From positions 1 through 62,493 of the IMG/VR virus record IMGVR_UViG_3300042934_000841: a stretch of 62,493 bases of DNA. The stretch is one strand, 5' to 3'. The notes beneath the pieces are model-generated. The model was given only the letters and a program-made list of their open reading frames with translations, was not told the origin of the DNA and did no database searches. The position numbers were made by a program, and so were the translations under genes. This document shows, piece by piece, positions 56,187-62,493 of this stretch. The stretch's first letter is position 1. Every line of letters starts with the position of its first letter. The stretch comes from a virus (taxonomy: Duplodnaviria; Caudoviricetes).

Positions 56187-57302
56187 ATGTACACAGTTTT
56201 CAATACTGCCCCACGGGTTGGGTCAGTGAACATTGCCACCGTTGGACTGGACTACGTGAAGAACGTGGTCAGTGAGCAGGTGAGCCGCTATAAAGAGTAC
56301 CGCTTACAAACACCGGGCCACATCGAAAGCAACCACCTGCTGCTCAAGATCCTTAATAGCCTGATGGTGGACTTCGACGGTGACCTGATGAGTTATCAGA
56401 ACCGCGTCGCAGCACAGGTCAACCGTTTGTCCGGTTCCATGGGACTGTCCAACAGTGCCCACCACGGGCGGGTCTTTGATAAAGGCACCTTCTACGGGGA
56501 CGACGTCAGCGAGATCTATATCACCACTGCTGACACCACCAACCCCCGCGATCTGTGGAACAACTGGGAGAACATGTCCTGCGTACGCGTACTGGCTCAC
56601 CCTTGCCACGGCGCCACCGTGATTGAACTGGACGGGTCGCTCAAGATCCCGAACGAGTTCCGCATGAAGATCAACCTGGCTGTGCTGGAGATTAACATTC
56701 CCCTGCTGGCCTGTCAGTTCCAAATGTGGAAACTGGGCAACCGGATTCGCACCTCACAGGCCGACCGTATCCCGGACAGCTACTTCATCAGTCAGGTCAT
56801 CCTGCCGAACATGCTCATGAGCCACTTGGACATCTGCATGCTCAACGAGCTGGCCTACATGTTTGACATGAACGGCACCTTCGATCCGAAGACCAACATG
56901 CCTTACTATCAGACGGATGTGACGGGACGACTGGAAGATGGGGTGGATGATATCCTCAAGCGCTTCACCACGCAGACCACGACGTTTCCTGACATGCTGC
57001 GCAATGTCCCCTGCTTTGGAGCGAAGACGCTCCTAGAGGCTGTGAGGATGCCTGACATCGCCTTTACCAATCAGGTGATCTGGGCACTGACCGCGGCGCG
57101 CTTGCCGCTGGTGGCGTTCCTGCTCAAGTTGAACAAGGCGAACAACAACGCCAAGAACGACCTGTACGTGAACCGCTTCCGTCGCAGCATCATTGAAGCC
57201 CAATCCGGGAAGTACCTGTCCAACGGCGTACCGCCGGATGTGGCCGATTACTTCAAGGACTACTTGGCTACTCACATCGAGCCGTACTTGAAAGAGATAT
57301 AA
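56187..57302 (+). CDS. Conserved protein (gp52-like)
   Basis: 371 aa divergent from chmA; HLLLKIL, INIPLL..Q, LPNMLMSHLD. Confidence 0.72.
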   Translation: MYTVFNTAPRVGSVNIATVGLDYVKNVVSEQVSRYKEYRLQTPGHIESNHLLLKILNSLMVDFDGDLMSYQNRVAAQVNRLSGSMGLSNSAHHGRVFDKGTFYGDDVSEIYITTADTTNPRDLWNNWENMSCVRVLAHPCHGATVIELDGSLKIPNEFRMKINLAVLEINIPLLACQFQMWKLGNRIRTSQADRIPDSYFISQVILPNMLMSHLDICMLNELAYMFDMNGTFDPKTNMPYYQTDVTGRLEDGVDDILKRFTTQTTTFPDMLRNVPCFGAKTLLEAVRMPDIAFTNQVIWALTAARLPLVAFLLKLNKANNNAKNDLYVNRFRRSIIEAQSGKYLSNGVPPDVADYFKDYLATHIEPYLKEI

Positions 57303-57306
57303 GGTC

Positions 57307-57343
57307 TAGACCGAGGAGCCTACTGGCTCCTCGGTCTATGCCG
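57307..57343. terminator. Bidirectional terminator
   Basis: TAGACCGAGGAGCC-TACT-GGCTCCTCGGTCTA followed by TGCCG. Confidence 0.85.
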
Positions 57344-57349
57344 TGTTGA

Positions 57350-57700
57350 TCAACCTTGCTTGTTGGGTTGGTTCACCCGTTGGCCACGCGAATACAGGAT
57401 GTCCAAGCTCTGTGCCAGCAACTTGACCACCGCTGCGTTCTCTTCGCAGGCAAACGGTCCAGTCTGAAAGGTCTCCAAGCGGTGCTTGGCGATTTCCAGT
57501 AAAGACTCGAGGGTGTGGCCGTTACGCCCGACCGTGGCAGGGTTACCGTCTTGAAACAGCACGGTAAGCACCTGTTGGGCCTCCAGGTCCAGACGGAAGG
57601 TATTACTCTCCGTGTCCAGACCGGCTACATCGTAACGGTTATGGCTGTGCGCCGCTGTCATTTCCCCGACAGGGAACACATTAAGGCCATTTACGTCCAC
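57350..57700 (-). CDS. tad1: Tad1-like (Acb2/Tad1 family) signalling-nucleotide sponge
   Basis: FQDG...VGRNG...E.LL....RLETFQTGPFACEENA matches the recalled Tad1 pattern; GTG start overlaps the polymerase stop. Confidence 0.72.
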   Translation of the reverse strand: MDVNGLNVFPVGEMTAAHSHNRYDVAGLDTESNTFRLDLEAQQVLTVLFQDGNPATVGRNGHTLESLLEIAKHRLETFQTGPFACEENAAVVKLLAQSLDILYSRGQRVNQPNKQG

Positions 57701-59928
57701 GCTTCTTCTCCTTCATGGATGATGCTATTCTGATCAGTAGGCGCAGGAATCTGGTTGACCTCACCCTCAGGACTGTAGATGTCGCTGATTAGGCGCACGT
57801 ACTTGCTGTCCACTTGGAAGATACCCACGGTTTCCAGGATCATGTAGAACGACTCCAAGATCTCGTAGGTCAGGCGGCGGATGTCAATGAACTCCATCAC
57901 CTCGTCTGGCATCCCTGTACCAGAGAGAATCTGGTGGGGCAATAGCAGGGTTGCGATTGTGTCCCGATTCTTCTCCAAAGCATAAGTCGTCATGCGCTTG
58001 CCAAAATCGGCATCGACCTTGGTCATGTGGGCCAGCCAGTCCTTCATGTCCGTCTTGTTCTTAATCCGCAGCGGCACCTTAATGATCGAGTAAGGGGGTT
58101 TATCGACCATGCCGTACTTAGGACCGAACACCTCGTTCCACATGAGGAAGTGACGGTAGTTGGACGTTTCCATGTTGGCGTAGCTTTCCTGGATCTGCCC
58201 GGACTTGAGGTACTTGTGCTCACCCTTCTTGATGGAGGTGTAGATGTCCTGTTCCCATTCCCACACGCAGTGGTACAGGTAATCCAAGGAGAACTGACGA
58301 CCTTCCTCGGCGGTTTCCAAGACTTCCTTCATCAGATCGGTAGCCCGTTGGATCACAGCAACCGGTACGGCCGAGGAACGCAGGGCTACACCTTTGATCT
58401 CCATGTCGTTGACCAGCTTCACGTTGCCTTCCTGCGCAGAGCGAGAAGCGTAGTAGTGCTTGGCACGGCTGGTCAGCACGAACACCGGGAACGCGAACTC
58501 GTTCTTCATGGACAGACGGTGCAGGTCTTCTGCGATCACACCCATGTTGGCCGAGAACATGGCCAGCACGTGGACAATGCACTGACAGGCAATGTACGTC
58601 GTGGTGTACCAGATGCCGTCGCCTTCTTTGGTCCGAGCGTCCGAGCCGGTGTACCACGTTACCCAGTCTTGGGTGGTGAAGATCGTGGAGTCGGTGTCAG
58701 AGGCCAGTACCACACGGCGCAGGATGCCCTTGATGTTCGCCACAGAGGGTGGCAACTGCTTAGGCGTCAGGAAGACCCGAATGAACGTGAAGTACTCTTG
58801 CAGCACGGTCACGATGTTCTTGGCAGTGCGGGCCAAAATGGTCAGCTTGTGGACAATCTCCGGCGTTTGCTCGGCGTCCACCAGCTTCTCAATGTTCGTA
58901 CCTTTCATCATGTCAGCGTTAAGGTACACGGCCAGTACGGCGGTATCCCCGTCCACAGACTTGTTCAGGTACTTGCCCGGATCGTCAAACACCTCAGTGT
59001 CGGCATACGGGTCGAACTTGATCATCTTGTCCATCCAACCGCGGACGAACTGCTCGTTGAGCTTGGTGATGTGGTGCAGGTCACCGGTGTACACGACGAT
59101 CGCGCGTTCTACCGGCTCCAGACGGACAATGAAGTCCACCAGCTTCTGGAATTGCGTGGCGTTACGCCAGTACAGGTCCGTAGAGCGCTTGATGCATTCC
59201 ACCGTGTCCTGTACGCTTGGGTAGACCAAGCCGCATTCTTTCAGGGCATTGTCGAACTCGTCATGCGGTTGGCTATCAATAAGCGACAGCATATTCGAGA
59301 GGGCAATGTCCACCGACCAGTAATGTCGGGAGCCTGCCAGTAACCGCTCGTTGTTGGCGTTACCGTAGCCGGTGGCCGTACGGCACATCGACGTCAGCGA
59401 GGAGTGACCGGACTTCACGTACAGGATGTTACCGGCAAAGCCGTGCATACCCGACAGGGAGTTGATCGCGATCTTCTTGGCGTTCTGCTCGGAGTTCTTG
59501 ATCTTCTCCAGCACTTTGTCGTTGTTAGTCCGGGCCCGGAACATTTCGTTCTTGGCTTTCTTCCGGCCAGCAATACCGGCCTCAACGAACTTGGCCGTGG
59601 GGGACTTCAGGACGTCGGGGCGCTCGTAGCACACCATGGAAGGAGACAGGATGCGCTTGGTCTCGGTGACTTCCTTGACGTACTGGAGCAGGGTGACTTC
59701 TGCCCGTACACGGTTGCCCGGTGATTCTTGGCGAAGCACCAGCATGTTTGGGTCTTTGATCGGGAATGACCCATTACGGGACACTTGCTTGCGGACGAAC
59801 TTTAAGCACTTGTCCTTGGGCTGACCGGTCATTTTGTGCAAAAAAAGAGTGTTCTGCGAGAAGAACCCCTTGAGCAAGTCAAGGTCTCGTTTGTACTCTG
59901 ACTTCTGAAGGACGAAGGGATTATCCAT
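57691..59928 (-). CDS. Split family-B DNA polymerase, C-terminal part (gp50-like)
   Basis: Motif B KIAINSLSG, motif C LASDTDSTIF, KHY, EIKGV. Confidence 0.9.
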   Translation of the reverse strand: MDNPFVLQKSEYKRDLDLLKGFFSQNTLFLHKMTGQPKDKCLKFVRKQVSRNGSFPIKDPNMLVLRQESPGNRVRAEVTLLQYVKEVTETKRILSPSMVCYERPDVLKSPTAKFVEAGIAGRKKAKNEMFRARTNNDKVLEKIKNSEQNAKKIAINSLSGMHGFAGNILYVKSGHSSLTSMCRTATGYGNANNERLLAGSRHYWSVDIALSNMLSLIDSQPHDEFDNALKECGLVYPSVQDTVECIKRSTDLYWRNATQFQKLVDFIVRLEPVERAIVVYTGDLHHITKLNEQFVRGWMDKMIKFDPYADTEVFDDPGKYLNKSVDGDTAVLAVYLNADMMKGTNIEKLVDAEQTPEIVHKLTILARTAKNIVTVLQEYFTFIRVFLTPKQLPPSVANIKGILRRVVLASDTDSTIFTTQDWVTWYTGSDARTKEGDGIWYTTTYIACQCIVHVLAMFSANMGVIAEDLHRLSMKNEFAFPVFVLTSRAKHYYASRSAQEGNVKLVNDMEIKGVALRSSAVPVAVIQRATDLMKEVLETAEEGRQFSLDYLYHCVWEWEQDIYTSIKKGEHKYLKSGQIQESYANMETSNYRHFLMWNEVFGPKYGMVDKPPYSIIKVPLRIKNKTDMKDWLAHMTKVDADFGKRMTTYALEKNRDTIATLLLPHQILSGTGMPDEVMEFIDIRRLTYEILESFYMILETVGIFQVDSKYVRLISDIYSPEGEVNQIPAPTDQNSIIHEGEEAWT

Positions 59929-60016
59929 GGGCGCGTAAAACCTTTCTATCTGATTGACGGGTGGGAGCCGAGGCAACCACCCTGAGTCCTATAAGAAAGA
60001 GAGGGTCTGTATTTAT

Positions 60017-60445
60017 TCACTCTGCCGTGTCGAATGAATAGTACGTCCCGTCACTGTCCTTATCGAACGTCACGTCGATCAGGTAGCACTCTTCATGGAT
60101 ATCCCGGATGATCTGCCGCAACCCAAAGGGGTACAGCTCCATGTTGATCCAGTTGGTCAGCTCTTCGATGAGGTCGTGGGCCATCTCTTCCTCAAAGTCT
60201 TCGAAGATACCTTCAGTGACCACCTCTTCATGCTCCTGTAAGCCCCGCAGCTTATCAATGAGCAGTTCGACCAAGAGGTTGGTCTCAAAGTACACGTGCG
60301 GCTCCATGTCGCCTATGTAACGGTGACGGTGGATGATACGGCCGATGTTGTCGTGGAAGTGGTCCACGGCCTTGACAAAGTGCTCGTCGTAGTTGTAGAT
60401 GAACAGCTTGTGGGATGAACCGACAAAGGGATGTGGAAGTTGCAT
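60017..60445 (-). CDS. Small acidic protein
   Basis: Start MQLPHP; GGAG RBS. Confidence 0.7.
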   Translation of the reverse strand: MQLPHPFVGSSHKLFIYNYDEHFVKAVDHFHDNIGRIIHRHRYIGDMEPHVYFETNLLVELLIDKLRGLQEHEEVVTEGIFEDFEEEMAHDLIEELTNWINMELYPFGLRQIIRDIHEECYLIDVTFDKDSDGTYYSFDTAE

Positions 60446-60460
60446 GAGGGTCTCCGTGGG

Positions 60461-60490
60461 GCATAAAGCAGGGGACCAGCCCCTGCTCTT
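60461..60490 (-). terminator. Terminator
   Basis: AGCAGGGG...CCCCTGCT then TTATGC on the minus strand. Confidence 0.75.
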
Positions 60491-60891
60491 TACTGGACGA
60501 CTTCGACCTTGAACGCGGTGATACCGTTCTGAGCCCATGCCGCACGAGCCAAGGTTTCAGTTTCGTCCGTCACGTTTTCATCGATGGTGAAGATCAGCTT
60601 GCGCGTGACCACAGCCTTGATAGAGCTGGCCTTGATCCACGGTTCGCCAATGTACTCCACCGAGCCGTCAGCGTAGATGAACTTGCCGTACATGTAGCTG
60701 CCTGCGTTGACCGGCAGCGAATTGTCCACGTTGCGCACTTGGGCGTGCTTGGCTTGCACGTCGCTGAAGTTCTTCACGGTGTCCAAGTCCAGCATGGCCG
60801 CCAGCCGGGCGCCTGTGCGGGTGGCACCCAGAATACCCGGCGCTACCGTGTCAAATGAAAGCTTCTGGCCGATAAATGAACTTAACGCCAT
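60490..60891 (-). CDS. Conserved beta-rich protein (gp49-like)
   Basis: Start MALSSF with AGGA RBS; APGILG and IGEPWIK motifs. Confidence 0.7.
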   Translation of the reverse strand: MALSSFIGQKLSFDTVAPGILGATRTGARLAAMLDLDTVKNFSDVQAKHAQVRNVDNSLPVNAGSYMYGKFIYADGSVEYIGEPWIKASSIKAVVTRKLIFTIDENVTDETETLARAAWAQNGITAFKVEVVQ

Positions 60892-61196
60892 GGTAACTGT
60901 TCCTGTGTAAGAATGATGAAGGTGCCCTCGACATCGAGGACATGAACCTCTTTCCAGTTCAAGACTGCCAAAGCAATCAAGGCTGGGTCGGCCCTCAGCC
61001 GTGTTATCCAATCGGGATCGTGCACATGCACATCGTCCACCAGAACGCGGTAGAACGCCATGCGTACAAGTTGGGCTAGATAGCGGCCCACGCTTGTCCC
61101 TAGATCAAAGTCCAACGGGGTGTCGGCTTCGATGTAGTAGTGTACTTCTGGGATAAGCGCGGCTAGGGTTGGTGACTCTTGGATGATCGCGACCAT
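60882..61196 (-). CDS. Small hypothetical protein
   Basis: 104 aa; overlaps the next gene. Confidence 0.6.
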   Translation of the reverse strand: MVAIIQESPTLAALIPEVHYYIEADTPLDFDLGTSVGRYLAQLVRMAFYRVLVDDVHVHDPDWITRLRADPALIALAVLNWKEVHVLDVEGTFIILTQEQLPWR

Positions 61197-61200
61197 CGCG

Positions 61201-61599
61201 TTAGTTCCCTAGGATGAATTCCAGATATTCTTCGTGTTCGTAATACGCCAAGTGAACGACCTGTACGGACGGGTCTCGGACCTGACGGTCGAGCGTCTTG
61301 TAAAGAGTCTCCATGGCACATACTAAAGTTGCCCAGTCATCGGCGCCGTCCTCCTGAGCCTTGTCAAAGAGGATGTCGCAATAGTCAGCCACGACATCAG
61401 ACTTACGCCGCTCAGAGCCTGCGTGTCGCCAACGTGGGTACAGTGCGAAGATTTCATCGACGTCGTAGGAGTGATCGAGCATCATTGAGACGCTCTCCCC
61501 GAATTCTTGGAAGATTTCCTTGCCATCGATTATAACGTATCGCTCGTTCGTTCGTAATGAGGAAAGAGACATTCCGAGCCACCTTGTCGTATTCCACAT
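61201..61599 (-). CDS. Small acidic protein (gp47/48 region)
   Basis: 132 aa; start may instead be 61572. Confidence 0.6.
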   Translation of the reverse strand: MWNTTRWLGMSLSSLRTNERYVIIDGKEIFQEFGESVSMMLDHSYDVDEIFALYPRWRHAGSERRKSDVVADYCDILFDKAQEDGADDWATLVCAMETLYKTLDRQVRDPSVQVVHLAYYEHEEYLEFILGN

Positions 61600-61873
61600 C
61601 CGTTACGTGAAACTCGTGATCACGGTAGATGGAGAGGATTCGTTCGAGAGCGTGAATGTTTCGATGACATTCCGCAAAGATCTCGTCAACGTATTTTAAT
61701 TTTACCTCGGCGTTGAGGGCTACACTGTCGTCGTTGTCGACAAAGTGCTGCACCAGACGGCCGTACTCGAAGAACAGGGTGTTGCGGATCAGACCGTAGA
61801 TCATCTGCCCTAGGATCAGCTGGATGTCTTCTTGATCGAAGTTGTCCAGCCAGCGGGAAAAGAAGTCAATCAC
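61454..61873 (-). CDS. Small acidic protein
   Basis: GTG start with AGGA RBS overlapping the upstream stop. Confidence 0.6.
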   Translation of the reverse strand: MIDFFSRWLDNFDQEDIQLILGQMIYGLIRNTLFFEYGRLVQHFVDNDDSVALNAEVKLKYVDEIFAECHRNIHALERILSIYRDHEFHVTDVEYDKVARNVSFLITNERAIRYNRWQGNLPRIRGERLNDARSLLRRR

Positions 61874-62291
61874 GATCCTGCACGGGATTTTCGGGGTTGT
61901 CGAGCCAGACCCACAGTGATTCCGAGTCCTCATCGATTTCTGCTCCAATGATCAACACCTCAAAGGAGGCGTGCTTGTAAATGTACTCAAAGGCTTCGTG
62001 GAGCGCCATACGGCAATCCGTTAGCATGCTGCGCAGCGACAGTTGAGATTCTTCCGGGTGACGCCCATCAAATTCGAGGACGACGGGTTCCTTGCCCAGT
62101 ACATCGCGGGCCATTGCCCAAATGTCGACCTTTTTACCAAGGTGTACATTCGTCAGGTTCGCTATGGCTTCTGAGCACGCGTCTGCTTGAGGAAAGTCGA
62201 CGACGACTAGGTAACAGGGCACGCGCTGTTCCGGAGACGTAGAGCGCTTCGCCTTCATCGTCGAATACAACGTGCTCAAGGTTTTTGCCAT
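61866..62291 (-). CDS. Small acidic protein
   Basis: Start MAKTL; 141 aa. Confidence 0.6.
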   Translation of the reverse strand: MAKTLSTLYSTMKAKRSTSPEQRVPCYLVVVDFPQADACSEAIANLTNVHLGKKVDIWAMARDVLGKEPVVLEFDGRHPEESQLSLRSMLTDCRMALHEAFEYIYKHASFEVLIIGAEIDEDSESLWVWLDNPENPVQDRD

Positions 62292-62493
62292 GGTGGTACG
62301 TCCGTATATGTCCGAAGAGGTTATAAAGGTTGGAGTAGATGTCATCCAACCACCACATGATCTCCTCTTCCAGTTCTGGATTAGCGTCGATCATCGATTG
62401 TGCGTAGAACTCCTCATCGAACGAAAAGTAAGCTACAGCGGCATAAAGAAGCTCTGAGGCTCCTAGCTTGTCGGCTAAACTGCGACCGATCAT
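62134..62493 (-). CDS. Small acidic protein (5' end may lie outside the window)
   Basis: ORF reaches the window edge. Confidence 0.55.
   Translation of the reverse strand: MIGRSLADKLGASELLYAAVAYFSFDEEFYAQSMIDANPELEEEIMWWLDDIYSNLYNLFGHIRTYHHGKNLEHVVFDDEGEALYVSGTARALLPSRRRLSSSRRVLRSHSEPDECTPW

Noticed and set aside
59838-59848. CTT TTT TTG slippery-like run near the polymerase N-terminus
   Set aside because: The -1 frame closes after about 20 codons, and gene starts here are AT-rich anyway.
11386-59928. DNA polymerase split into two distant genes as a novelty
   Set aside because: This is an established feature of phiKZ-like phages.
1-62493. tRNA genes, CRISPR arrays, transposases
   Set aside because: No cloverleaf, regularly spaced repeat array or transposase motif was recognised by eye; tRNAscan and CRISPR finders were not run.

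Overview
Core-genome segment of a GC-rich nucleus-forming jumbo phage (phiKZ-like, Chimalliviridae). The chimallin N-terminus looks closer to the Goslar/RAY type than to phiKZ. Left part (1-11.3 kb): virion head, inner-body and structural genes with S/A-x-E protease sites. These are followed by the exonuclease half of the split family-B DNA polymerase. An accessory island (13.2-24.3 kb) comes next, then a gp76-81-like block containing a virion RNAP subunit. The right part holds an SF2 helicase, four non-virion RNAP subunits, the nucleus genes (picA/imp1, chmC, chmA), an SbcD-like nuclease, the polymerase half of the DNA polymerase and a run of small acidic genes. Most notable: (1) a second, full-length, diverged PicA/Imp1 nuclear-import paralog in the accessory island; (2) a likely programmed -1 frameshift fusing the gp77-like gene to the next ORF; (3) a Tad1-like anti-defence sponge coupled to the polymerase gene; (4) two structured intergenic RNA candidates; (5) a 1267-aa Trp-repeat protein. 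Family assignments and phiKZ gene numbers come from recalled motifs and synteny, not from a database search. Many start codons were adjusted by eye using RBS and overlap evidence.
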